IMG/VR virus record: IMGVR_UViG_3300029305_006397
Source of the DNA: a virus
DNA: 64,000 nucleotides
Direction: 5' to 3' (one strand)
Part shown: piece after piece, positions 8,260 through 17,052 of the stretch
Layout: each line of letters begins with the position of its first letter
How positions within the stretch are numbered: position 1 is the first letter of the stretch
Translations under genes and position numbers: made by a program
Notes under the pieces: generated by a model
What the model saw: only the letters and a program-made list of their open reading frames with translations
What the model was told of the DNA's origin: nothing
Database searches by the model: none

Positions 8260-8487
8260 TTATTTGCTTTCGAGTATTTGGCTGAAAAGTTCTACAAGAG
8301 ATTTAACTTCATCAATGCTGAGAATAATAAAGTCAATCGGAACTCCATATTGGTTTTGCACTTGCAGTTTCTTTGTGAGGATTATTGGAGCTTCAAGTGG
8401 CTTAGAATCAAACGCGATTTGATTGGTTGTTGCCTCTCTCAATAGAGTATGTAGTTGGCCTAGCAACTCAATTTTGTGCTGATTCAT
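8260..8487 (-). CDS. hypothetical protein
   Basis: 75-aa ORF, paralogue of 8043..8231. Confidence 0.5.
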   Translation of the reverse strand: MNQHKIELLGQLHTLLREATTNQIAFDSKPLEAPIILTKKLQVQNQYGVPIDFIILSIDEVKSLVELFSQILESK

Positions 8488-8489
8488 AT

Positions 8490-8900
8490 TTATTCTCCCA
8501 ATAATGCAGCGATAGAATCAAGTTCAAGCTCAGTGCGTTTATCTTCAGACAAGAGGGAATCAAGCTGCTTTTCAAGCTTGGCAAGATCGGATTTCTCTTT
8601 TCGATACTGCTGTATAGCCAGGAAAGATTTGATATCCTCAATCCAATCAATAAGGCTATAACCAGAGATAATGCATTCCTTGGGATCAATGCCTAAATCC
8701 TGAGCAGCCATTACCAGAGAATTAAGTCTGAGGAGCAGAAGCTGAGATGCCTCTACATAAAGGTTATATGTGACTTTATCAAAAACCAGGAGGCAATTTG
8801 TAATAGGTGTGAATCGATCAGATTTGCCTTTGAGTGCATTTCGTTTGGAATCCACCTTTTGCTTGAGCAGCATAATACGATCATCATTTTTCTGTGCCAT
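8490..8900 (-). CDS. hypothetical coiled-coil protein
   Basis: Start at the ATG at 8900 (MAQKNDD) with SD AAAGGAGAGG. The ORF-track start at 8930 lacks an SD. Confidence 0.6.
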   Translation of the reverse strand: MAQKNDDRIMLLKQKVDSKRNALKGKSDRFTPITNCLLVFDKVTYNLYVEASQLLLLRLNSLVMAAQDLGIDPKECIISGYSLIDWIEDIKSFLAIQQYRKEKSDLAKLEKQLDSLLSEDKRTELELDSIAALLGE

Positions 8901-10095
8901 AGTAACCTCTCCTTTTATACAGTTTGCCATTTGTCAGGAATTGTTCCCCATATACAGGCTGGAATAATTCATATACTTTTCGTAGTTCAAAATCAGAAAA
9001 CGGATCAAAGAAAATCTTATTTACGCCAGAATAATAGTAGTAATGTCTTTCTTTATCATATCTTCCATCGTAGTAATAAGTAGGAGAAATACGACGTTCA
9101 TCAAGATAACCATTATAATTGGAGTAAAAATGAAAATCTCGCAAGATACTTCCATTGACGGTAAATTCCATAAATCCTGCTTTAAATGCTTCAAATGATA
9201 ATGGCAGGATTTGGGAAGCGTCAAAATCAATCGGCGAATAATTATCAGACTGTTCCATTTCGGCATAAAATTCAGGATACTGTTCGTATCTTTCAGAGAT
9301 CATACGGCAGAACTTACGGCTTACAGATTTATAGCAGCACAATCTGTTTTCGCGTTCCCACCAGGATGCATTCGGATCGCCAAGGCGCATGAACCAGAAC
9401 CATTTACCACAATTTTTAGCGCGAATGCGAACATCATCATTTCTGAACACAATATCTTTTTTCCATGTTTCATCAAGAGGGTGAATCCATTCCTGGTTAC
9501 GATATCGCTTTGAATTGGTTTCATACTCAAAGCAATCGTGTTTTCCAAGGAATACAAATTTTTCGCCTTTGACAGTTTCATAAACTGCCCCAGGAATTAA
9601 ATCCTTTGCTGATATAAAATCATTGGAATGAATGATTTCATTTTTCGCCTGAATTTCCCGATAATCAGGTGATTCTATAGGAACAAGGACGAGTTCTTTA
9701 CCATCCCATCCATAGACGAATTGACCTTCAAGCCCCTTACCTTTGATAGAATTACAGTTTTCCAGAATCCAAAGGAGATTCGGAATGGTAATTTCAAATT
9801 CAAAACCGCGAGGATCATAGACACGAACATAAGTTTTGCGAACATTATGGCTCCATGAGGCTTCTACTCCTCCGGCATTTTTATTGATTACAAAACCTTC
9901 AGTGGGTTCATTATCAAAGATTTCATTGGGAATATCCTGGTTGCGCCAATTATCCCATGAGCTTTGCTTGCGGAGCTTCCCCTTTTCATCGAAATAGACG
10001 ATATAGGCAAGCTTGCCAGTATATGTATCATCACGATTCTGAAAGCCGACATTGATCTTTTTTGGTACAAATATATTAGTATTCAATAAGATCAC
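8884..10095 (-). CDS. hypothetical protein (403 aa)
   Basis: Long ORF with non-ATG start candidates (GTG at 10095, TTG at 10086) behind GAGGTGA. No recognisable motif. Confidence 0.65.
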   Translation of the reverse strand: MILLNTNIFVPKKINVGFQNRDDTYTGKLAYIVYFDEKGKLRKQSSWDNWRNQDIPNEIFDNEPTEGFVINKNAGGVEASWSHNVRKTYVRVYDPRGFEFEITIPNLLWILENCNSIKGKGLEGQFVYGWDGKELVLVPIESPDYREIQAKNEIIHSNDFISAKDLIPGAVYETVKGEKFVFLGKHDCFEYETNSKRYRNQEWIHPLDETWKKDIVFRNDDVRIRAKNCGKWFWFMRLGDPNASWWERENRLCCYKSVSRKFCRMISERYEQYPEFYAEMEQSDNYSPIDFDASQILPLSFEAFKAGFMEFTVNGSILRDFHFYSNYNGYLDERRISPTYYYDGRYDKERHYYYYSGVNKIFFDPFSDFELRKVYELFQPVYGEQFLTNGKLYKRRGYYGTEK

Positions 10096-10100
10096 CTCGA

Positions 10101-10376
10101 TTAGTATTCATACAGAAGAAGATCAAGCTTGCAACGGAAAATCCGCTTTAAGGCTTCCTGAACTTCGGCACAAACGCCTTTGCAATAGGCAGTGGTGATG
10201 CCATTGGAAATGCATTCGCAAATCAAATCGTGATCTCGGTTATAACCTACTACAACATCGACTTCGTGCTTATTGGCATAATTAATCAAAGGTTTGATCA
10301 TTTCCTGAATTTCATTCCAGTTTGTAACCTTTGTATTGATGCGAATTATTCTTCTTGCGTATTTTTCACCTGTCAT
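10101..10376 (-). CDS. hypothetical protein
   Basis: 91-aa ORF in the gap-free minus-strand train. Confidence 0.55.
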   Translation of the reverse strand: MTGEKYARRIIRINTKVTNWNEIQEMIKPLINYANKHEVDVVVGYNRDHDLICECISNGITTAYCKGVCAEVQEALKRIFRCKLDLLLYEY

Positions 10377-10393
10377 GTTGGATACCTCATTTT

Positions 10394-10687
10394 CTAAACG
10401 ATTTTAGTTTCAGGATCGCTAAAAGAAATACCGATGACTTTGGCTCCTTCTTCGAATCGGAATTGTTCTTCAAGTTTTTCATCCCATTTATGGAGAAGTA
10501 CATTTCGATTACGGGCATCGTATACTTCATACGGAGCTACAATTTCAAGATCATCAAAGCCAAGAGATTTTGCCTTTACCTTAAGCTGACGGGCATAATC
10601 AGAAACAATAATTGCGTTATTGGCCCTTGCGCATTCAAAACATTTAAGGGTTCTGCCGGAGCCGCGACCACCAAAAATTAATTCCAT
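10394..10687 (-). CDS. hypothetical protein
   Basis: 97-aa ORF in the minus-strand train. Confidence 0.55.
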   Translation of the reverse strand: MELIFGGRGSGRTLKCFECARANNAIIVSDYARQLKVKAKSLGFDDLEIVAPYEVYDARNRNVLLHKWDEKLEEQFRFEEGAKVIGISFSDPETKIV

Positions 10688-10699
10688 AAAATCACATCC

Positions 10700-10915
10700 T
10701 TAACTGAGCTTCTTTCTTTTAAAATCGCATATGCAATAACGATAGCAGCCATTAAGAGAACAATCTTTGCTTATGGCACAACCAACATCATTGGGAAGTC
10801 GAGATTGCTGAATAAGCTTTGAGTATTCTTTGATGAACACATCATGTTTATTTTTTTGATTTCGTTTATCAATTTCCCGAAATACTTCAAGAGCGTAATT
10901 CCGTATAAATCCCAT
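10700..10915 (-). CDS. hypothetical Cys-rich protein
   Basis: 71-aa ORF whose start abuts the upstream stop. Confidence 0.5.
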   Translation of the reverse strand: MGFIRNYALEVFREIDKRNQKNKHDVFIKEYSKLIQQSRLPNDVGCAISKDCSLNGCYRYCICDFKRKKLS

Positions 10916-11358
10916 TAAGACACCTTCTTCTTACGGCCTCGTTTGGGTTTCTCAGATGTAGGTTCGGGGCTATCTTGCGTATTATCTTGCTTATTATCTT
11001 GTTCGTTTACAACGTCTTTTACAGGTTCATTTACATTATCAAATGACAAAGAAGAAACGACACCCATAGCATCTATCAGACTCTTATCTACGGCTTGTAT
11101 AGCTGCTATGGCATCTTCAAGAGAGCCATTCATAGACTTAATAGCCTTTTGACGGAGGCGGCGAGAAAGGGCTTGTAGACAGCCAGAGAATGTTGTGTGA
11201 TACATGGGATTCTTTATATACTCTCTATCTTCATATCCTTCTTCGCCATTATCCAGCTTTATTTTCACTTTCGTTGTATCTAATTCACCACAAGTGAATT
11301 GACGACCATCGGAATCGATGACCCATTTATCGAATACGCGAATCATTTTTTTCACCAC
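10915..11358 (-). CDS. hypothetical protein with basic/acidic low-complexity tail
   Basis: 147-aa ORF. The C-terminal QDNKQDNTQDS repeat is encoded by a TTATCTTG x3 repeat. Confidence 0.55.
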   Translation of the reverse strand: MVKKMIRVFDKWVIDSDGRQFTCGELDTTKVKIKLDNGEEGYEDREYIKNPMYHTTFSGCLQALSRRLRQKAIKSMNGSLEDAIAAIQAVDKSLIDAMGVVSSLSFDNVNEPVKDVVNEQDNKQDNTQDSPEPTSEKPKRGRKKKVS

Positions 11359-11639
11359 TTTCCTTTTGAAAAAGCATCTGCTAATTTTTGAGCTGCTTCA
11401 GCTACGTTTTGCATTCCGTCTAAAACGCCGCACATTTCGCGATCCCATATAAGACAAAAACGAACCAGTCTTTTTGCCCTGTTGCGCACAGGAGGGATGC
11501 CATGATTTCTTAGGTAGTTATTAGAGAAGTATAAAAGGATATACCATACATCAACATTTTGAGAAAGCAGAAGGGATATATAAGGACTCTTCTGGGCTTC
11601 TTTTTGTAAAAACTGATCGATTTTATTCTTCATAAGCAA
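11352..11639 (-). CDS. hypothetical protein (NN(Y/F)LRNHG family)
   Basis: 95 aa. Shares the F..NNYLRNHG..P.R..AKRL motif with 11623..11946. Confidence 0.55.
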   Translation of the reverse strand: MLMKNKIDQFLQKEAQKSPYISLLLSQNVDVWYILLYFSNNYLRNHGIPPVRNRAKRLVRFCLIWDREMCGVLDGMQNVAEAAQKLADAFSKGKW

Positions 11640-11946
11640 TCACCGGAGCTCCATACGGAACATCTTTAATATCTACCATATTGTTTATAAAATTTGAGAT
11701 AGTACCGCTAATGCTGCGCTCAATTTCCGCTTGAATGGCATAGAAAAACGGCATTTGAGATCGCTTCATCGCCAAACGGCGCATGGCCTTTATACGGCGA
11801 AGCGCATGATAACCATGGTTGCGAAGAAAGTTGTTTGGAATGAAGTACAGAATATCTTTTCTGGGAATGCCTGAGAATCGCATGAAATGTACGAATCCCG
11901 CATGACGTTTTTCATATGCTGCTATAACACAATCAAGTTTATCCAT
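11623..11946 (-). CDS. hypothetical protein (NN(Y/F)LRNHG family)
   Basis: 107 aa, paralogue of 11352..11639. Confidence 0.55.
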   Translation of the reverse strand: MDKLDCVIAAYEKRHAGFVHFMRFSGIPRKDILYFIPNNFLRNHGYHALRRIKAMRRLAMKRSQMPFFYAIQAEIERSISGTISNFINNMVDIKDVPYGAPVIAYEE

Positions 11947-12316
11947 TTGGTTCCTCCAACAGTTTTACACGATAAATGCCTTCGTTTTTATAATGATCGA
12001 GAATTTCATAGGTAGACATGACATCGTTGAATCGCACTGAATCGTCAATTACAATTTCGTATTCCATATGCGTATTATGATATTGACGATAAAGGCTGAT
12101 ATCCCCAATAATGGTTAATACAACAAAGAGCAATGAAATCATGGCTAAAAATGCTTTCGCTATGGATAAGTCTTTAGGATGAATACATGATTTTTTGAAA
12201 CCAGGGTATATAAGCTTCCAGTATGCAAAAATCGCCAATAGCATTAAAGCACTTGTAAATATTCCTGTGCCAAGTGTATCTGCCAGTGAACGTTCACGGC
12301 ACAAAATTTCAGACAT
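11939..12316 (-). CDS. hypothetical membrane protein
   Basis: Two hydrophobic segments. The ATG at 12316 overlaps the upstream stop (ATGTCTGA). Confidence 0.55.
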   Translation of the reverse strand: MSEILCRERSLADTLGTGIFTSALMLLAIFAYWKLIYPGFKKSCIHPKDLSIAKAFLAMISLLFVVLTIIGDISLYRQYHNTHMEYEIVIDDSVRFNDVMSTYEILDHYKNEGIYRVKLLEEPNG

Positions 12317-12593
12317 TATGGTTACGCCATTCATTAAGTTCTTCCTCCTCACAAGGAATTGTAATAAGATAAAGAGCGTTATCTTCATCGGGCATTAATC
12401 TGAGATCATTGAAGGAATATGGAGCCTTATATTTTTCATCTACCAAGACATCGTTGATATAGAAATAATTAGTTTCTCGATCATATTTGATTGAAATAGG
12501 CCCATGCTGTGTATTGAATTTGAAAATACAATAAGGAACATTCAATTCATCACAGAAGCTTTTTATATCTTGAAAATTAAATTTGAACATCAT
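12309..12593 (-). CDS. hypothetical protein
   Basis: 94-aa ORF in the train. Confidence 0.55.
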   Translation of the reverse strand: MMFKFNFQDIKSFCDELNVPYCIFKFNTQHGPISIKYDRETNYFYINDVLVDEKYKAPYSFNDLRLMPDEDNALYLITIPCEEEELNEWRNHNV

Positions 12594-12778
12594 TAATTCT
12601 CCTTATAGAAAGGTTCGTTCCATTCAAATCTTTTGAGGTTAGCTCCGCATTCAGGACAAATATAATACATTCCCATGTTGAAGAATCCGCATTTGCATTT
12701 ACGTTCAACGCATTTGATTGAGGAGATAAATTCAATATCAATCGCGTACAAATCCGATTTCATTGGCTTTAACGGCAC
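12593..12778 (-). CDS. hypothetical zinc-ribbon protein
   Basis: 61 aa with CxC ... CPEC pairs. Confidence 0.5.
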   Translation of the reverse strand: MPLKPMKSDLYAIDIEFISSIKCVERKCKCGFFNMGMYYICPECGANLKRFEWNEPFYKEN

Positions 12779-13182
12779 TATTCTTCACCTGCCCGTAAAA
12801 CATCGCAAACCATATCAGCTAATTCCTCTGCTTCATCGAAATAATCACGAATGCAATCGTGGCGTATATCCCAGGCATATTTTTCAATTATGATAGATTG
12901 CCGTTCTGTAAGATCGTTGGAGTAAGCAATGGCAGCAACCACATCATTGCGCATTTCCTGTTGACGGCGTTGTTTTTCTTGGGAAATCGCCAATCTCTTT
13001 TCCGCGACCTGACAATTGTATTTTTCAATCATTTCGCGATTTTCTTTGATTGAAAGATTTTCATCAAACACATGGTTTCTAGTTACAGGATAGGGCCATG
13101 TTTCGTTGACAGAATAATTTCCCATTTCGTAATTATTGCGAACATCATATAAAGTAGTTCTCATATGTACCTCTAAATCCAA
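12778..13182 (-). CDS. hypothetical protein
   Basis: 134-aa ORF in the train. Confidence 0.55.
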   Translation of the reverse strand: MDLEVHMRTTLYDVRNNYEMGNYSVNETWPYPVTRNHVFDENLSIKENREMIEKYNCQVAEKRLAISQEKQRRQQEMRNDVVAAIAYSNDLTERQSIIIEKYAWDIRHDCIRDYFDEAEELADMVCDVLRAGEE

Positions 13183-13475
13183 TGGATATTTTCTTTATTG
13201 CAATGGATCATCGAATGAAAAAATACATCTCTAATAATTTCAGTAGTGCGTAGAGATTCATCTATCCACATGCGATCCAATTTTAATCCACGAGCAGATT
13301 CGGTTGGCTTTACCCATCGCAAAATACAACCATTAGTAAACCTGACTTCCATGCGATAAGAGCCGTTGACCCTTTGAACGACTTCAGAATCAATTTTTGT
13401 TTCGATTTGTGACATAGCTTTTTCGGCTTTAGTTCGATCATTTGTAATTACTGCCCACATAGGCATATTCAACAT
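13173..13475 (-). CDS. hypothetical protein
   Basis: 100-aa ORF whose start overlaps the upstream stop. Confidence 0.55.
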   Translation of the reverse strand: MLNMPMWAVITNDRTKAEKAMSQIETKIDSEVVQRVNGSYRMEVRFTNGCILRWVKPTESARGLKLDRMWIDESLRTTEIIRDVFFHSMIHCNKENIHWI

Positions 13476-13660
13476 CTCACTTTCATTTCAGATTTGCAAT
13501 ATGGGCATAAACTCCCATAATTAGAATCATCAGAATCCCAGGATTTTGTTTCCTTTTTCAGGTTGCGGATGGTATCAGGAGAATACCATCCGCTTGCATT
13601 TGCAACCTTACCACATTTGCGACACGAAACTTCGCACCAGATTATAAGACGTTTTTTCAT
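13469..13660 (-). CDS. hypothetical zinc-ribbon protein
   Basis: 63 aa with CRKC ... CPYC. Confidence 0.5.
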   Translation of the reverse strand: MKKRLIIWCEVSCRKCGKVANASGWYSPDTIRNLKKETKSWDSDDSNYGSLCPYCKSEMKVRC

Positions 13661-13945
13661 TTACATCTTTCCCCATCCAATTGGATCACCGAATATATCA
13701 GTAAAAGATTTAAGAATTTTATCTTCAGGATGTCCGCCAGGAACATAATCCGGACAGTTTATAATGCACTTCATGGAAGGAATTTCCTTTCCAAGAGAGC
13801 ATTGAATTTTAATCATACCAGTGGCATTGCCACAAGTGGTACATGCCCTGACCGAAGGATTATTGGGACACACTGATTCATGATCTAATATTTCTTTATG
13901 AGTGCCCATTTGCTGACAATATTCACATTTGAAAACAAGATTCAT
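13661..13945 (-). CDS. hypothetical Cys-rich protein
   Basis: 94 aa with multiple CxxC-like pairs. Confidence 0.5.
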   Translation of the reverse strand: MNLVFKCEYCQQMGTHKEILDHESVCPNNPSVRACTTCGNATGMIKIQCSLGKEIPSMKCIINCPDYVPGGHPEDKILKSFTDIFGDPIGWGKM

Positions 13946-13957
13946 TAAATCACCGCC

Positions 13958-14428
13958 TTAATATCGAGCACGGTTGAACGCTGCTTCAACTTCGGCAGCA
14001 ATCATATTGCGCACTCTTTCTGTGTAATTGTACTCGCTGGAAAACAAGGCAGCGTCCATACGGGAGAACATAACAGAAGTAAAAACACGAGGAAGCATAT
14101 CAAGCATGATGTTTTTCAAATGATCTTCGTTGAAATCTTCGGAAAAGATTTTTTTCATGATTTCATTAACACGCCGTTCGATTGTTTCTTTTGTGATTTT
14201 TTCAATGAGGTTTTTGCCTTCGGGCGTATAACCACACCAACAACGATCAAGATATTGATTGTATGCTTCTTCCACCTTATTGTGAATAACACTGGATATT
14301 GTTGACGCAATTTTAGATTCAAGGTCGTGCGAATCCGCGATGTCCATTTGTGCTATTTTTTGAGTAATTTGAGTATTGATCGAATCATAATCGATTTTAT
14401 TGAGATCGAGTTCAATTTCTAACTTCAT
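13958..14428 (-). CDS. hypothetical protein
   Basis: 156-aa ORF in the train. Confidence 0.55.
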   Translation of the reverse strand: MKLEIELDLNKIDYDSINTQITQKIAQMDIADSHDLESKIASTISSVIHNKVEEAYNQYLDRCWCGYTPEGKNLIEKITKETIERRVNEIMKKIFSEDFNEDHLKNIMLDMLPRVFTSVMFSRMDAALFSSEYNYTERVRNMIAAEVEAAFNRARY

Positions 14429-14441
14429 ATCATTTACCTTT

Positions 14442-14696
14442 TTATGTTTTCATCAGGCCGCGCCATTCAAAACAATCATTTATATATTCATTAGGATTGC
14501 GTTTGCCCTGGCAATCATTCGGATCATCTCTATCATGTTTACAGAAATCGCAAATGGTTCTTCGCTTAATGAAATATGCAAGTTCTGTAAGATCAGCAAT
14601 GGCAGCATCGCGCTCTTTTTTAAGACGATCCATTTGTGCTAAAAGACCATCACTTAAATTATTGCCATTTCTCCATTTGATTTCATTTAATTCCAT
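14442..14696 (-). CDS. hypothetical protein
   Basis: Start placed at MELNEIK (14696). The longer ORF-track version would overlap the upstream gene by 137 nt. Confidence 0.5.
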   Translation of the reverse strand: MELNEIKWRNGNNLSDGLLAQMDRLKKERDAAIADLTELAYFIKRRTICDFCKHDRDDPNDCQGKRNPNEYINDCFEWRGLMKT

Positions 14697-14994
14697 CAAG
14701 CACCGCCATCCCTTCGATAATCCGAATAAACTTTCCGGATTCCCGGTCAAATTCTGCTTTGAGATTCCAGCATTCTTCGCAATTCTTTGCATTCTTAGGG
14801 CATCCGAACTTGCCATCACCCTTTTTGAAGCCTAAACCAGCTTCTTTGATACAGAGCATGGAGTCGATATAGGACTTAGGGTTTTTAGGATAAATGCTAT
14901 TTACCCTACCATATTTATTGTTTTCCGGGATTTCAGGATGGAGTTGATTGTAAGCTTCTAAAAAAGTGCAATACCGAGTATTTACAGATAACAT
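14683..14994 (-). CDS. hypothetical Cys-rich protein
   Basis: 103-aa ORF in the train. Confidence 0.5.
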   Translation of the reverse strand: MLSVNTRYCTFLEAYNQLHPEIPENNKYGRVNSIYPKNPKSYIDSMLCIKEAGLGFKKGDGKFGCPKNAKNCEECWNLKAEFDRESGKFIRIIEGMAVLDGIK

Positions 14995-15008
14995 AGAATC
15001 ACCCGGCC

Positions 15009-15542
15009 TTACTTATCAGTGGAACCAAACCCACCAACACGGACGCCATCTGCAGTATCATCGTCTGTTACGCCGAAGGGTAGGAAGATGCCCTGGGCAA
15101 AGGCTTTACCACGGTCGATTTCAATCGCTTTACTAATGGAGCTATCGTTTACCAATTTGATAAAGATGTGGCCTTCATTATCTGCATTGTAATAATCAGA
15201 ATCGATAATACCGACAGTGTTTGCAAGGCGGATACCGTATTTAAACCCAAGGCCGGAACGAGGGAATGCAGTAAGCACCCATCCATTTTCAATACGGCAG
15301 CGAATACCAGTGGGAATTTTATAAGACTCAAGAGAACGAACAACAAATCTATTCGGGGCAAAGAAATCATAGCCAGCAGAGCCAGATGTGCTGCGCTTGG
15401 GAAGCCGGATAGAATCATAAATATTGCGAATATGATCTTTCATCCATTCGTTATCTTCGGACAAATCAATATCAAAGGTTTCTACCCAATCCTTTTCAAA
15501 TTGTTCATATGATACTTTTTCAAAATGAGCGACAACATTCAT
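15009..15542 (-). CDS. dut: dUTP diphosphatase (trimeric dUTPase)
   Basis: Motifs GSAGYDF, PRSG, GIIDSDYY and C-terminal GGFGSTD. Confidence 0.9.
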   Translation of the reverse strand: MNVVAHFEKVSYEQFEKDWVETFDIDLSEDNEWMKDHIRNIYDSIRLPKRSTSGSAGYDFFAPNRFVVRSLESYKIPTGIRCRIENGWVLTAFPRSGLGFKYGIRLANTVGIIDSDYYNADNEGHIFIKLVNDSSISKAIEIDRGKAFAQGIFLPFGVTDDDTADGVRVGGFGSTDK

Positions 15543-15562
15543 AAAATCAGCCTTCTTTCAAT

Positions 15563-15853
15563 TTAATCATCAAAGGAGTTCAATTTGATCATTTCAGGAT
15601 TTTCGATCAAATTATCTAAAGCTTCTGCTTGATCTTCGTTGAGCCAATATGGATATAGATTAATGCAATTCGGATCATTAGATTCAAATTGTATTACCGC
15701 AACACCAAGATCAATTTCGCCAGCATCATATTCAGAACAAACGATATAGCCATTATTCATAAGAAACACAACTGCCTGACCAATTGCAGTTTCAAATTCA
15801 TTTTTTGTTTTATAATGATCTTTCAGAATTACGAGAGTATTTATTTTGTTCAT
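15563..15853 (-). CDS. hypothetical protein
   Basis: 96-aa ORF in the train. Confidence 0.55.
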   Translation of the reverse strand: MNKINTLVILKDHYKTKNEFETAIGQAVVFLMNNGYIVCSEYDAGEIDLGVAVIQFESNDPNCINLYPYWLNEDQAEALDNLIENPEMIKLNSFDD

Positions 15854-16222
15854 TTAATCCACTTTAGTTGTTTCAATATAGAATAACTTTTCTCTATGCT
15901 TCACAGATGTTCCAACCCTACCGGATTCAAGGTCATTTAGATAGTTAAATACCCAATCCCAATTTTCAAAATGATACCCGCCAGCATAACCAAAGATCAG
16001 GTTGTCCATGGAGCAAACCATACTTCCCTTGGGAATCCCATTATATGTATAGGAACATGGATAGATATGAAGAATAGAATATTCAGAATTTTCAGGGCAG
16101 TAGACGAGAACATAATGTTCGGATACACCGCAAACCTTAAATACACCATCCCAGTCATTGATGCGAACCAAATCTCCGCGACACAAAGAAGCGACCGCAG
16201 ACTGGATTTCATCATTCTTCAT
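15854..16222 (-). CDS. hypothetical protein
   Basis: Start at MKNDEIQ (16222), overlapping the upstream stop. Confidence 0.55.
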   Translation of the reverse strand: MKNDEIQSAVASLCRGDLVRINDWDGVFKVCGVSEHYVLVYCPENSEYSILHIYPCSYTYNGIPKGSMVCSMDNLIFGYAGGYHFENWDWVFNYLNDLESGRVGTSVKHREKLFYIETTKVD

Positions 16223-16562
16223 TATTATCACCCCAACACATGCCAAGTTCTTCAAGGGCTTCTGTAATGCAAGCTTTAACTTCTTCGGCATCGATTTCAT
16301 AATCATCGAGCCATTCCTGGATAGGCAAATTTGCCTTCAGGAATTTATAAATCCATTCAGAAAGGCCATACGGATTGTGACCGGAAACAGATGCATTCTC
16401 AGGAAGATTCATCATGGAGCAATCCCTGAAATTATGAGCAAAACCATCTACGCCAACAATAAGTTTCGTACCTTTGGGAAGAACTTCCTGGGTTCCGGTA
16501 AATTCACGTTCGGTTACAATATCTTGATTCGTAGTAAGAATTTGACCGATGTTATAAGTCAT
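16212..16562 (-). CDS. hypothetical protein
   Basis: 116-aa ORF in the train. Confidence 0.55.
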   Translation of the reverse strand: MTYNIGQILTTNQDIVTEREFTGTQEVLPKGTKLIVGVDGFAHNFRDCSMMNLPENASVSGHNPYGLSEWIYKFLKANLPIQEWLDDYEIDAEEVKACITEALEELGMCWGDNNEE

Positions 16563-17052
16563 AAAGCATTACCTCCGAAAGCTGCCATTGATTATTTTTC
16601 TTTTGCCATATGCGCTGATTGCTGCTACCTCTGAAATGCAGGGAAACATCGCGCTGTTTTTGAATAAATGGGCCATCTATAAGATATGCGCATTTATCAA
16701 GTAATGCCGCCATATCGGGATCGGCCTGAATTTCCTCTATGGTGAAACCGGAATAACACCAAAGATTGTTTTGGGGAATATGAAGTTTCTCAACGATAGG
16801 AATAAGATCTTTAGCTGAATACATTGGATCGCCACCAGATAAAACCAATGCATTTAAATAAGGACGCTTGTCAATTTCCTTATTAATTTTCTCAATCAGT
16901 GAATCATCCAGCGGTTCACCGAAATCAAAAGAATGAGTTTGAGGAGAATGGCAACCGGGGCAATTATGGTTGCATCCACTAATAAAGAGAACACAAGATA
17001 CCCCGATTGCATCCACAAAAGATTCATAGGTTAGGCCGCAAAGATTAGGCAT
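16552..17052 (-). CDS. nrdG: anaerobic ribonucleotide reductase activating protein (radical SAM)
   Basis: CNHNCPGC (CxxxCxxC) cluster. The ATG at 17052 overlaps the nrdD stop (ATGCCTAA). Confidence 0.85.
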   Translation of the reverse strand: MPNLCGLTYESFVDAIGVSCVLFISGCNHNCPGCHSPQTHSFDFGEPLDDSLIEKINKEIDKRPYLNALVLSGGDPMYSAKDLIPIVEKLHIPQNNLWCYSGFTIEEIQADPDMAALLDKCAYLIDGPFIQKQRDVSLHFRGSSNQRIWQKKNNQWQLSEVMLYDL